A stretch of DNA of 64,000 nucleotides from Acutalibacteraceae bacterium (GCA_045604105.1 JAZUNJ010000024.1:44956-108955); one strand, 5' to 3'; shown: positions 36,445 to 46,352, counted from the stretch's first letter. The notes: a model not told the origin generated them from the letters alone. Numbers and translations are program-made.

Positions 36445-37530
36445 ATGTCTAACAGATTATTTCAGGGAATCATACATCAGATGAAGGATGCAATCGACCG
36501 TACAATCGGTGTTGTTGACTCAACAGGCACAATTGTATGCTGCAGTGATCTCGGCCGTATAGGCGAAACAGGCTTTGTTGACATGAAGGAAATTCTTGTT
36601 TCTTCAGATGTAAGAGTAATCGGCACAAAAACATTTCTTGCAATCGGCGGACAGAATCATCCTGACAGTGCAATTTTCGTTGACGGCAATGATGAAAGTG
36701 CGGCAAACTACGCCAAGCTTATTTCAATTTCCCTTGGAGGCATCAAGCAGTACTATGACGTAAAGTTCGACAGAAGCAACTTTATCAAGAATGTTATTCT
36801 TGACAATATTCTTCAGGGTGATATTTACCTTAAAACAAGAGAGCTCGGCTTCAACAACGAGGTTTCACGCTGTGTTCTTCTTATCAGAACAGCAGAAAGA
36901 ACTGAAATTTCCGTAAGCGAGACCATTCAGGCTCTTTTCCCCGATAAGAACAAGGATTTTGTTATCAACATCAACGAAACAGATATTGCTCTTGTTAAGG
37001 AAGTGCGTCAGGGTAATGAAATCAAAGACCTTGAAAAGCTTGCAAGAAGCATTGTTGATTCACTTCACACAGAATACTATATCAACTCAATTATCGGTAT
37101 CGGCACAATCGTTACCGGTATCAAGGAGCTTCCCCGTTCCTTCAAGGAATCACAGATTGCTCTTGAGGTCGGCAAGGTATTCGACACCGAAAAAACTATT
37201 GTTACCTATGAAAACCTGGGTATTGCAAGACTTATTTATCAGCTCCCCACAACTCTTTGTGAGATGTTCCTTAAGGAAATTTTCAAAAAGGGTTCAATTT
37301 CAGGTCTTGACCACGAAACCCTTTTCACAATTCAGAAATTCTTTGAAAACAACCTTAATGTTTCCGAAACATCAAGGAAGCTTTTCGTGCACAGAAATAC
37401 CCTTGTTTACAGACTTGAAAAAATCAAGAAGCTCACAGGTCTTGACCTGAGAGAATTTGATGATGCTATTGTATTCAAAGTAGCACTTATGGTTAAGAAG
37501 TATCTTGACGCAAAACCTATTAAATACTAA
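36445..37530 (+). CDS. CdaR/PucR-family transcriptional regulator (sugar-diacid-regulator-like)
   Basis: N-terminal diacid-recognition-like segment (IIHQMKDAIDRTIGVVDSTGTIVCCSDLGRIGE). C-terminal PucR HTH (NLNVSETSRKLFVHRNTLVYRLEKIKKLTGLDLR). Confidence 0.75.
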   Translation: MSNRLFQGIIHQMKDAIDRTIGVVDSTGTIVCCSDLGRIGETGFVDMKEILVSSDVRVIGTKTFLAIGGQNHPDSAIFVDGNDESAANYAKLISISLGGIKQYYDVKFDRSNFIKNVILDNILQGDIYLKTRELGFNNEVSRCVLLIRTAERTEISVSETIQALFPDKNKDFVININETDIALVKEVRQGNEIKDLEKLARSIVDSLHTEYYINSIIGIGTIVTGIKELPRSFKESQIALEVGKVFDTEKTIVTYENLGIARLIYQLPTTLCEMFLKEIFKKGSISGLDHETLFTIQKFFENNLNVSETSRKLFVHRNTLVYRLEKIKKLTGLDLREFDDAIVFKVALMVKKYLDAKPIKY

Positions 37531-37657
37531 ATTTTTCGATTCTGCCGGCATTTATGTCGGCAAAATCAGGTTTAAACGGGTGTTTTAACTCAATAAAGAG
37601 ATAAAGCACTGATTCAAACACATACTTTCGGCGTTGCCGGAGAAAGAGAAGTATTTT

Positions 37658-38524
37658 ATGATTGAATTTAAAAATGTATCCATGAAGTATAAGACCAACG
37701 GTGCAGTTGCTCTTGACAAGGTCAACGTTAAAATTGAAGACGGTGAATTTGTCTTTATCGTAGGTGCATCGGGAGCCGGAAAAAGCTCATTCCTGAATGT
37801 TATTATGGGTCAGGAAAAGGTTGATGCCGGTGAAGTGATTGTGGGTCCATATAACCTTAAAAGAATTAAAAGGAGAGAGCTTCCCTATCTTCGCCGTATG
37901 CTTGGAATTGTTTTCCAGGATTTCAGACTTATACCGAAGATGACCGTTTACGACAATGTTGCATTCGCACTTCGTGTTATAGGTATGGGTGAAAGAAAAA
38001 TTACAAAGCGTGTGCGCTATGTTCTTAAGCTTGTTGACCTTTCAAACAAAGCAAAGAATTTTCCCAATCAGCTTTCCCAGGGTGAAAGGCAGCGTGTGGC
38101 AATTGCAAGAGCTCTTGTAAACAATCCCGAGGTTATTATTGCAGACGAGCCCACAGGTAACCTGGACCCTGTGCTTTCGGGCGAAATTATGAGCCTTTTC
38201 GATAAAATCAATGCACTCGGTGCAACGGTTGTTGTTGTTACTCATGACCTTGAGCTTGTTCATCAGTTTGACCACAGAATTGTAACAATTGAAAACGGAA
38301 AAATCGTGTCCGATATTCCCGCAAGAACTCATTCCGTATCTGTGCCTGAGCAGGAAGCTGAGGACGAAGAAGAAAATGAAGAGGTGCAGGCTTCTTCCGA
38401 GGAAGCTGAAGACTCTGACGAATCTGAAGCTTATGAGGGCGAGGACGACCGCCTTGAGCTTTTTGAAGAGGAAGATGTTGAAATAAACATGGATGATATC
38501 AAGGAGGATGAGGCCAATGGCTAA
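37658..38524 (+). CDS. ftsE: Cell-division ABC transporter ATP-binding protein FtsE, with acidic C-terminal extension
   Basis: MIEFKNVSMKY, Walker A GASGAGKSS, signature LSQGERQRVAIARAL and Walker B IIADEPTGNLD. It is followed by ftsX. Confidence 0.9.
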   Translation: MIEFKNVSMKYKTNGAVALDKVNVKIEDGEFVFIVGASGAGKSSFLNVIMGQEKVDAGEVIVGPYNLKRIKRRELPYLRRMLGIVFQDFRLIPKMTVYDNVAFALRVIGMGERKITKRVRYVLKLVDLSNKAKNFPNQLSQGERQRVAIARALVNNPEVIIADEPTGNLDPVLSGEIMSLFDKINALGATVVVVTHDLELVHQFDHRIVTIENGKIVSDIPARTHSVSVPEQEAEDEEENEEVQASSEEAEDSDESEAYEGEDDRLELFEEEDVEINMDDIKEDEANG

Positions 38525-39461
38525 GAAGAAAAACAAAAAAAGATCCTCCGGAGGTCTTAACACCTCGTATCTTACCAAAATGGGCGGACATAATCTTATT
38601 GCAAACAGAAGCATGTCCTTTTCTTCAATCAGCGTGCTTACTGCCTGCCTTCTGCTCATAGGTATATCTCTTATGATTCTTCTCAATATCCGGACTCTTG
38701 TTAAGGATGTTGAAAAGCAGAATGTTGTTATCGCTTTCGTTGAAGACGGAGCCGATGACACTGTTGTTGCGCAGGTAGGCGCAGAGCTTCGTGCAATTTC
38801 TGATGTTACAAATGTTGAATTTGTGTCAAGGGAGGTTGCTTATCAGGAGCAGCTTGAGGATTTCGGTGTTGAAAAGGATCTTTTTGATGATGTTATTGAA
38901 AATCCTCTTCCCGATTCCTACAGAATATCAGTGGGTAATCTTGAAGAATTCAATGTAACGCTTGAAAAAATCAAATCTGTGAAAAATGTCAGCAGCGTAA
39001 GAGAAAGTCAGGACGTTGTAAATCAGATTTCAACCCTTCAGTCATCAATCACCATAATCTGTATCATGATTGTTGTTGTGCTGCTGTTTGTTTCAATGTT
39101 CATCATTTCAAACACAATCAGAATCACCATGGTATCAAGAAAAATTGACATTCAGGTTATGAAGTCCGTTGGTGCAACAAACACCTTCATCTGCTGGCCC
39201 TTTATGATTGAAGGTATCATAATCGGTCTCATATCAGGTGTGCTTGCAATGCTTCTCACTCTCGGCGTTGAAAAGCTTGAGGGACAGGCAATGCAGTCAC
39301 TTCTTGGCATGTTCGGCAGCAAAGGCATTTCAATTATGGATTATCTGCCCGTGCTTATCGGCGGCTATCTTCTTTCAGGTGTTCTCATAAGCTCGATCGG
39401 AAGCTTGGTATCAATCAGAAAATACCTTAAGAAGGAAGGCAGCGAAGCCCACGATATATAA
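38517..39461 (+). CDS. ftsX: Cell-division permease FtsX
   Basis: It overlaps ftsE by 8 nt. It has an N-terminal TM helix, an extracellular domain and three C-terminal TM helices (MKSVGATNTFICWPFMIEG). Confidence 0.85.
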   Translation: MAKKKNKKRSSGGLNTSYLTKMGGHNLIANRSMSFSSISVLTACLLLIGISLMILLNIRTLVKDVEKQNVVIAFVEDGADDTVVAQVGAELRAISDVTNVEFVSREVAYQEQLEDFGVEKDLFDDVIENPLPDSYRISVGNLEEFNVTLEKIKSVKNVSSVRESQDVVNQISTLQSSITIICIMIVVVLLFVSMFIISNTIRITMVSRKIDIQVMKSVGATNTFICWPFMIEGIIIGLISGVLAMLLTLGVEKLEGQAMQSLLGMFGSKGISIMDYLPVLIGGYLLSGVLISSIGSLVSIRKYLKKEGSEAHDI

Positions 39462-39496
39462 ATCGGAAACTATATCAGAAATCAGGAGCCGGATAA

Positions 39497-40825
39497 ATGA
39501 AAAACAGAATTTTATGCTTGCTTTTATCTTTTGTTCTAATATTCTCCGCCTTTGCAGTAATTGAGCCTTCCATGTGGGCATCAGCTGCAACAAAGGAAGA
39601 GCTGCAGGACAAAATTGATGAGCTTGACGATGAAATTGCAGCAAACAGAAAAAAGCTCAACAGCCTGAAAAATGACCAGGCCAAGAAAAAAGAGTATCTT
39701 GAAACTCTTGAAAAGCAGATTGAAACCGTTGAAGCAAAAGCAACAAATATTCAGACTCAGATTCAGAAAATCGATAATGAAATTGAAGAGCTCAACAGGG
39801 AAATCAAGCAGATTACCCGTGAAATCAATCAAACAGAAAAGGACATTATCGAAACTGAAAACAATATTACTTCATCAAGCGACCTTCTTGCGGCAAAGCT
39901 TCGCAGTGCCTATATGAACGGCAATGAATCCACCCTCAAAATTCTTATGGGTGCCGATTCTCTTGCAAGCTTCCTCACAAGGCTCGAAATGATGAAAAGA
40001 ACATCGGAAAACGACAAAAAGGTTATCGATGATTTCAAGCAGCAGGTTATTGATTTAAGAAAAGCCAAATTAAAGCTTGAGGATAACAAAAAGGCCCTTG
40101 ACGAAAAAAAGGCAGTGCAGGTTGAGAAAAAGGAAGCACTGGAGGTAAAGCAGAAGGAATATAACAAAACTGTTGAGTCTCTTGAGGGTCAGTATGTTGA
40201 AATAGAAAAGTATATTGAAGACCTTGACAAATCAAGTGCTGCTTATAAGCAGTATATCAAGGAGCTTCAGGACGAGAAGGCTGCAGCTGATGCTGAAATT
40301 GACAGAATTCTCAAGGAATACTATGCAACAAGCCATCAGACCACGCTTCCTGCAGCAAATAATGACCCTAACGGCGGAGGCTCGGTGGGCGGCACTGCAG
40401 GTCCCGGTTATGTTTCAGGCGAAAGCTGGGCATGGCCTCTCGGCAGTCAGTCCTGCTATATCAGCAGTCCCTACGGCTACAGAAGCGCCTCAATTTCCGG
40501 ATGGTCTTATCATGGCGGTGTTGACATTTCAGGCAGCGGCTTCTACGGAAGAGCAATTTATGCAACAAGAAGCGGTAAGGTTATTTCAGCCGTTTCAAGT
40601 GACCGTGGCTACGGTGTTTATGTTATTATTGACCATGGTGATGGCTTCTCAAGCCTTTATGCCCACATGTCAACACGTTATGTTTCAACAGGTGACACCG
40701 TTTCAAAGGGACAGATGATAGGCAGAGCCGGCAGCAGCGGTAACTCAACAGGTCCTCACCTTCATTTCGAGGTCCGTTATTACGGCCAGAAGCAGGATCC
40801 GATGAAGTATGTAAGAAAGCCGTAA
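39497..40825 (+). CDS. Coiled-coil M23 peptidoglycan metalloendopeptidase (EnvC/PcsB-like partner of FtsEX)
   Basis: Signal peptide, a ~250-aa coiled coil, then an M23 domain with intact metal ligands (HGGVDISG ... GSSGNSTGPHLHFEV). Confidence 0.85.
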   Translation: MKNRILCLLLSFVLIFSAFAVIEPSMWASAATKEELQDKIDELDDEIAANRKKLNSLKNDQAKKKEYLETLEKQIETVEAKATNIQTQIQKIDNEIEELNREIKQITREINQTEKDIIETENNITSSSDLLAAKLRSAYMNGNESTLKILMGADSLASFLTRLEMMKRTSENDKKVIDDFKQQVIDLRKAKLKLEDNKKALDEKKAVQVEKKEALEVKQKEYNKTVESLEGQYVEIEKYIEDLDKSSAAYKQYIKELQDEKAAADAEIDRILKEYYATSHQTTLPAANNDPNGGGSVGGTAGPGYVSGESWAWPLGSQSCYISSPYGYRSASISGWSYHGGVDISGSGFYGRAIYATRSGKVISAVSSDRGYGVYVIIDHGDGFSSLYAHMSTRYVSTGDTVSKGQMIGRAGSSGNSTGPHLHFEVRYYGQKQDPMKYVRKP

Positions 40826-40924
40826 AAAATCAGTTTTTATAGAGGGGTAGGTTTCTATCCCTCTGCTTGTGTTTTATGAGACAGTCAGACAAGGTTGTTC
40901 CAATTTGTCGGAATGGGGGATAAT

Positions 40925-42127
40925 ATGAACAAAAAAATATCACTTGGTATCGTTGTGGGTCTTCTGGTGCTTGCCATTGCTGCATCATCGGCCATTTCAA
41001 TCGGCGTGATGGCAGGTGAATATAACAGAATTCTTGAGGGTATACCCGAAAAGCTTGCAAGATATGAAATTCTTGATGAGCTTGACGATATCATCAACAG
41101 GAATTACTATGGCAAAAGTGAAGAAGAAAACCTTGAGCAGGCAATTGCTCAGGGCTATGTTGAAGGTCTCGGCGACGGCAAGTCAAAGTATATGACAGCT
41201 GAAAAGTATGCCGATTATCTTTCTGAAAACAACGGTAACATGCTCGGTATCGGTATTGAGTATGTGAAGAATTCACTGGGCTATATTGAAATCACAAAGG
41301 TTTATCCCTCATCTCCCGCAAAAAGTGCAGGTCTGAGAAAGGGTGACCAGATTTTTGCCTTTGACGGTATTATGATTGATGCCGAAAACTATAAGGAAAT
41401 GGAAGAAAAGCTGACAGGTGACAGACTTACAAGCGTCAATCTCATTTATAAAAGGGGAAAAACGGAAACCAATGTAAGCGTTGTCAAGGGCTATGAGGCC
41501 TCCTCAGTGTTCACCTCTGTTTATGAAAACACGGGTTATATCGGTATTACCGATTTTTATCCCGGCACAACAGAGCAGGTGCAGACAGCAGTTGATAAAT
41601 TCACCTCCTCAGGTCTTTCCTCAATTGTGATTGACCTGAGAGAAAACAACAGTGACAATTACGATGTTGCCATGAAGGTGCTTGACATTTTTGTTCCCAT
41701 GTCAGACAGTCAGAAGCCTGCAGCCACAGTGGTTGACGAAAACGGCAATGTTGTAAAAAGCTATTCAACAACAAGCGGTGAGGTAAACTCACGAATCGGT
41801 GTTCTTGTTTCAACAAAAACAAAGCAGGCAGCAGAGCTTTTTGCATGTAATTTAAGAGACTTCGGTAAGGGTGAAATTTTTGCCGTAACAACAACGGGCG
41901 GCTCTGCCCTTGTTCAGGAGGTTTTTGAGCTTTCCTCGGGAAGCGCCGTGCTTCTCACGACGGGTAAGGTTCTTCCCTATATCAGCGAAAGCTTTGACAA
42001 AGAAGGTATCACACCTGATTATGTTCTTGAAAGTGCATCAATTTCAGATAATATTGAAGAGGATACACAGTTTTTATATGCAGTTTCAATGCTTTCCGTT
42101 GCAGCAGGTGTTGAAGAATCACAATAA
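40925..42127 (+). CDS. S41 (C-terminal processing peptidase)-like protein with PDZ domain; catalytic residues appear substituted
   Basis: TM anchor and PDZ domain (YPSSPAKSAGLRKGDQIFAFDG). The S41 core is recognisable (IVIDLRENNSDNY ... VLVSTKTKQAAELF ... TTGGSALVQ). The GG, Ser and Lys positions differ from the consensus I remember (DLRNNGGG / GSASASE / FGKG). Confidence 0.7.
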   Translation: MNKKISLGIVVGLLVLAIAASSAISIGVMAGEYNRILEGIPEKLARYEILDELDDIINRNYYGKSEEENLEQAIAQGYVEGLGDGKSKYMTAEKYADYLSENNGNMLGIGIEYVKNSLGYIEITKVYPSSPAKSAGLRKGDQIFAFDGIMIDAENYKEMEEKLTGDRLTSVNLIYKRGKTETNVSVVKGYEASSVFTSVYENTGYIGITDFYPGTTEQVQTAVDKFTSSGLSSIVIDLRENNSDNYDVAMKVLDIFVPMSDSQKPAATVVDENGNVVKSYSTTSGEVNSRIGVLVSTKTKQAAELFACNLRDFGKGEIFAVTTTGGSALVQEVFELSSGSAVLLTTGKVLPYISESFDKEGITPDYVLESASISDNIEEDTQFLYAVSMLSVAAGVEESQ

Positions 42128-42145
42128 ACAGGAAGGGGTTAATAT

Positions 42146-44986
42146 ATGGATATCAGAGTTTCTGTTATAGTTGCAATCCATAACGGCGGACATGACCTTG
42201 TAAATGCTCTTGATTCAATAAAAAAACAGACCCTTAAGGAAATCGAGGTTCTTATGATTGATGCTGCTTCAACAGATGAAACGGCAGAAATCATGAAAAG
42301 CTTCACTGAGGATTCAAGGTTCAGATATTTATACCGTGAATCGGAAAGTATTTCTGAAGCAAGAAACCACGGTGTTGAAATTTCAAAGGGTAAGTATATT
42401 GCCTTTGGTGACACAAGCGTAGTTTTTACAAGCAATTTAATTGAAGAGATGTATAACTGTGCAGAAAAGGAAAAGGCACAGCTTTGTGTGGCTCCCATGG
42501 GCTCCTCGGACATTTACGGAAAACACGAATTCTCTTCTTCAGGTCTTCTTTCAAGAAGACGCAGAACAAGCAAATTTGACACGGACCTTATATGGAATCC
42601 GGCTGTTACAAACAAGCTTTTTCTGAAAAAAGAGATTACAGAAAAAAATCATACCTTTAAAACCTTCGGAAAGGCAAGGGAGGCTGCCTTCACAATTCCA
42701 TTTGCCTTTGAAAGCGAGGTCATTGCCTGCAGCAACAAGGGTGCGGCAAGCTATATAATACCGGTTCAGAATGAGGGCGTATCTGAGTTTCTTATTGAGC
42801 ATTACCTTGATGCATATGAATTTATTATTTCTCATGCACAAAAGGCCTTCGAAAAGGCAATCAAAGAAAGTAAATCGGAATTTGACCGTAAAGAGCTGAA
42901 AAAGCTGATGATATGCTATATCGATCAGGTTTACCATAAGGAAGTGACAGTGCTTTTATATAGCTATTACCGTCATTTCTGGAGCCTTTCCGATGAAGAA
43001 ATAAAGAAATATGCCGATATTATAACGGGTCTTATGAAAAAGCTTTCAAAAACCGGTTATACGGCACTCAAAAAGAAGAACAAGGATATTTTTTACGGCG
43101 ACAGACTGCCTGAAACAAAAAAGGAAATGGCAGAAAATCCCAAGGTGACGGTATGTATCGGCAAAAACGAAAAAAATGCTCACCATGAGGGCAGACTGCA
43201 GATACAGGTGCAGTCAATTTTCAGTCAGACAATGCCTTCCTTTGAGCTTCTTGTTGATTCACGCCTTCGTGATATTTTCCCTGCTGAGTGGAAGGACAAC
43301 GAAAACGTAACCTTCATTGAATGTGAATCTCTCGGTGAATTCAAGGATATTGCACTTCAGACATCAAAAACGGATTACATCATGTTCCAGGACGGCTTTG
43401 CAAGGCTGAATCCGAAAATACTCATGCGCCACTACAATGCCCTTGAAAGCAAGGAAAAATACGGCTTCACAACCTCACCTCTTACAAGGTTTGACGGTAA
43501 AAAAACCGCAGAGTATTCATTTTCAGATTTATGCTTCTACTCGGATATGAAAGCCACAAGAGTAAAGCAGGGAGACGAATCTCACACTCTTGATCTGTTT
43601 TTCTGCAACAAGCTGTTCAGAACAGAGCATCTTAAGGGTATACGCTTTGATTTTTCCGATAACACAATTATGGATATGTATAAGCTTTACGGTCACTCCC
43701 GCTTCAAAAAGCTTACACACAGAGGTGCCTATCTTCCTTACACTGAGGAGGAGGCAATTCAATATCTTATGACGGAAAATCACATCATGCATGCTCAATG
43801 CAAAACAATTCTCAGACATTACAAAACTCTGCTTTTCCGTAAGGTAAAGGTTAAAAGACTGAAGAATAAGGTTATCGGTCTGCTTAAAAAGGTTAAGAGA
43901 GTGGGAATTAACTATATCAGCAAATGGATAACAGACTATTACAGAAGAAAGCCGATTGAAAACAGAGTTTTCTTTTACACAATCAGGGCAAACGATGCTC
44001 TTCTTGAAAACATAAATTATGTTTATAAGGCATGCAACTGTGAAAAGGTTGTGTTTGCAAAAATGCTTCCCCATTCCTTCAGACAGATAGCTCTTGTAAG
44101 AAAGTATATGCTCACAAGCAAGGTTATTGTTACTGACGATTATATGAAATATCTTCGTGCCGTTAGGCTTCGTGAAGGTCAGAAGGTGATTCAGCTGTGG
44201 CACGCAGGAGGCGCCTTCAAGCGCTTCGGTCTTGATGCACCGTCAAGACTCACAAGGCTTGAAGAGTATAAAACCCATTCACAGTACAGTGATGTGTGTG
44301 TTACAAGTGAATATGTAAGACAGTTCTATTCTCACGCCTTCGGTGTTGATATGGATGTTGTGAAGGCAATAGGCTCGCCCAGAACAGATGCAATTCTTGA
44401 TGAAGCTCAGATCAGGGATAAGCGTGAATCCATATGCACAAAGCATCCTCTTCTCAGAAACAAAAAGGTGTATGTCTATTTTCCAACCTTCAGAGAATCT
44501 GAAGGTGCACTGATTCCTCTTGACACAAAAATAGACTGGGCAAAGCTCAACGAGGAGCTTTCTGACGACGAGGTTTTTGTTGTATCCCGTCATCCCGTTA
44601 TGAAGGAGGATTTCTTCAAGGGGGCCTTTTATTCAAGAGTAAAGGATTATACGGCTGATCCCACACCGGAGCTTCTTGCAATAGCCGATGTGGTTATAAC
44701 AGACTACTCATCAATAATCTTTGATGCTTCCCTCATGGATAAATCAATGCTTTTCTACTGTCCCGATTACGGCAATTACGAAAGAGATTTCTATCTTGAT
44801 TACGATAATGACCTTCCCGGTGAAATTATCAGTGAATTCAGTGAGCTTGTTCCTGCCTTGAGAAGGGCCGATGAAACAAGCTCAAAGGATGTTATTGCAA
44901 AATTCCGTGAAAAGGAAATGGGTGCCTGTGACGGCAATTCAACCGGAAGAGTAGTAAGTATAATCGAAAATTATTTGAAAAATTAA
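42146..44986 (+). CDS. Multidomain glycosyltransferase: GT2 + degenerate GT2-like + CDP-glycerol glycerophosphotransferase (TagB/TagF-like) domain
   Basis: N-terminal GT2 domain (VSVIVAIHNGGHDLVNALDSIKKQTLKEIEVLMIDAASTDET). C-terminal TagF-like segment (QLWHAGGAFKRFG...VYFPTFRE...VITDYSSIIFDASLMDKSMLFYCPDYGNYERDFYLDY). Confidence 0.8.
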   Translation: MDIRVSVIVAIHNGGHDLVNALDSIKKQTLKEIEVLMIDAASTDETAEIMKSFTEDSRFRYLYRESESISEARNHGVEISKGKYIAFGDTSVVFTSNLIEEMYNCAEKEKAQLCVAPMGSSDIYGKHEFSSSGLLSRRRRTSKFDTDLIWNPAVTNKLFLKKEITEKNHTFKTFGKAREAAFTIPFAFESEVIACSNKGAASYIIPVQNEGVSEFLIEHYLDAYEFIISHAQKAFEKAIKESKSEFDRKELKKLMICYIDQVYHKEVTVLLYSYYRHFWSLSDEEIKKYADIITGLMKKLSKTGYTALKKKNKDIFYGDRLPETKKEMAENPKVTVCIGKNEKNAHHEGRLQIQVQSIFSQTMPSFELLVDSRLRDIFPAEWKDNENVTFIECESLGEFKDIALQTSKTDYIMFQDGFARLNPKILMRHYNALESKEKYGFTTSPLTRFDGKKTAEYSFSDLCFYSDMKATRVKQGDESHTLDLFFCNKLFRTEHLKGIRFDFSDNTIMDMYKLYGHSRFKKLTHRGAYLPYTEEEAIQYLMTENHIMHAQCKTILRHYKTLLFRKVKVKRLKNKVIGLLKKVKRVGINYISKWITDYYRRKPIENRVFFYTIRANDALLENINYVYKACNCEKVVFAKMLPHSFRQIALVRKYMLTSKVIVTDDYMKYLRAVRLREGQKVIQLWHAGGAFKRFGLDAPSRLTRLEEYKTHSQYSDVCVTSEYVRQFYSHAFGVDMDVVKAIGSPRTDAILDEAQIRDKRESICTKHPLLRNKKVYVYFPTFRESEGALIPLDTKIDWAKLNEELSDDEVFVVSRHPVMKEDFFKGAFYSRVKDYTADPTPELLAIADVVITDYSSIIFDASLMDKSMLFYCPDYGNYERDFYLDYDNDLPGEIISEFSELVPALRRADETSSKDVIAKFREKEMGACDGNSTGRVVSIIENYLKN

Positions 44987-45004
44987 AAAGGAAAAAATTT
45001 AAAA

Positions 45005-45042
45005 GCTCTCTGCTTGCAAATAAATGCTTGCAGAGAGTTTTT
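45005..45042 (+). terminator. Terminator of the GT2/TagF gene
   Basis: gctctctgcttgca...tgcttgcagagag followed by tttttt. Confidence 0.7.
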
Positions 45043-45118
45043 TCACCTCATTTTACCGATAATAAAAAAGTGCGAATCTGTGCAAATTATTTTTGTGCGG
45101 AAAAGGTGAGGTGAAAAA

Positions 45119-46306
45119 ATGAAAAAAGCAGTAAAATATATAAGAGCAATTTCCTTTAGTTTAACCGTGTGTTTTTTATTTATTTTGGTTTACTCCTTTT
45201 ATACCGTTCCCGATGAAATATATTCTGTATCGGACGAGGAAATAAGGGTAAACGATTTTTATACCGTCAGGGTTGAAAGCTCAGAAATCGAAGGCATGGC
45301 AAGAAGCAGAGCTGCAGGAAAATACAATGTTCAGATAAGTCTGTTCAATGCTATTCCCGTAAAAAATTCCTCTCTCACAGTAACTCAGAGACGCTATGTC
45401 AATCTGTCAGGTGAAATAATAGGGCTGAGATTATTCACTCAGGGTGTAATGATTGTGGGAATAGACAGTGTTGAAACAGACAAAGGAAGCATCAGTCCCG
45501 GTAACGGAGCAGGTTTTCTCAAGGGCGATGTAATTTGTGCAATTGACGGCATTGTAACAGATAGCAGCAGTAAGGTCAATGAGCTGATTTCCCAAAGTGG
45601 TGGAAGGGTTCTTAAGGTTGAATACATCAGAAACGGTGAAAGAATAAAAACGGATTTTACGCCCGTGTTTTCCTTGTCGGAGCAAAAATATAAAGGCGGT
45701 CTGTGGGTAAGAGACAGTGCGGCAGGCATTGGCACAATGACGTGCTTTGACACCCAAAGCGGGGCCTTTGCCGCTTTGGGGCACGCAGTGTGTGACATTG
45801 ACACAGGTGAAATACTTCCTCTTTCAAACGGTGACATTGTTTCGGCAGAAATCATGAGCTGTAACAAAGGCACCAACGGCAAGGCAGGGGAGCTTTGCGG
45901 TGTGTTTAACAGCGACAGTATCGGCATACTGACCAAAAACAGCAGCTGTGGGCTTTTCGGGGTGCTGAATTACGCTGCCGATAATAATCTGAGGGTACCC
46001 GTTGCAACGGAAAACGAGGTTGAAAAAGGCCGGGCACAGATTCTGTCCACAGTTGATTCAGGCACACCGCAGTATTATGACATTGAAATTATGAAAATTT
46101 CAAAAGATGACGCCGCACACAAAAATATGGTTATAAAGGTTACAGATGAAGAGCTGATTGAGAAAACAGGGGGTATTGTTCAGGGAATGAGCGGCAGCCC
46201 CATTGTGCAGAACGGCAGGCTTGTGGGAGCAGTAACCCATGTTCTTGTGGGTGACCCCACAAAGGGCTACGGCATTTTTATTGATAACATGCTGGAAGCT
46301 GCGTAA
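45119..46306 (+). CDS. spoIVB: SpoIVB peptidase (S55), stage IV sporulation signalling protease
   Basis: N-terminal TM helix, PDZ domain (GFLKGDVICAIDG) and S55 core (GIGTMTCFD...FAALGHAV...GMSGSPIVQNGRLVGAVTHV). Confidence 0.85.
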   Translation: MKKAVKYIRAISFSLTVCFLFILVYSFYTVPDEIYSVSDEEIRVNDFYTVRVESSEIEGMARSRAAGKYNVQISLFNAIPVKNSSLTVTQRRYVNLSGEIIGLRLFTQGVMIVGIDSVETDKGSISPGNGAGFLKGDVICAIDGIVTDSSSKVNELISQSGGRVLKVEYIRNGERIKTDFTPVFSLSEQKYKGGLWVRDSAAGIGTMTCFDTQSGAFAALGHAVCDIDTGEILPLSNGDIVSAEIMSCNKGTNGKAGELCGVFNSDSIGILTKNSSCGLFGVLNYAADNNLRVPVATENEVEKGRAQILSTVDSGTPQYYDIEIMKISKDDAAHKNMVIKVTDEELIEKTGGIVQGMSGSPIVQNGRLVGAVTHVLVGDPTKGYGIFIDNMLEAA

Positions 46307-46316
46307 ATATCCGAAG

Positions 46317-46352
46317 TGACACCTTGCATTTTTTGCAGGGTGTCATTTTCTT
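46317..46352 (+). terminator. Terminator of spoIVB
   Basis: tgacaccttgc-atttttt-gcagggtgtca followed by ttttctt. Confidence 0.65.

Noticed and set aside
38042-38761. 239-aa ORF antisense across the ftsE/ftsX junction
   Set aside because: It overlaps two well-supported genes. It stays open because of the GAA/GAG-rich acidic tail region on the other strand. The translation is low-complexity.
43529-44203. 224-aa antisense ORF inside the GT2/TagF gene
   Set aside because: It has no RBS or motifs, and the sense frame carries conserved TagF-like sequence through this region.
45439-45936. 165-aa and 117-aa antisense ORFs inside spoIVB
   Set aside because: The sense frame encodes the PDZ and S55 catalytic motifs. 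The antisense products are featureless.
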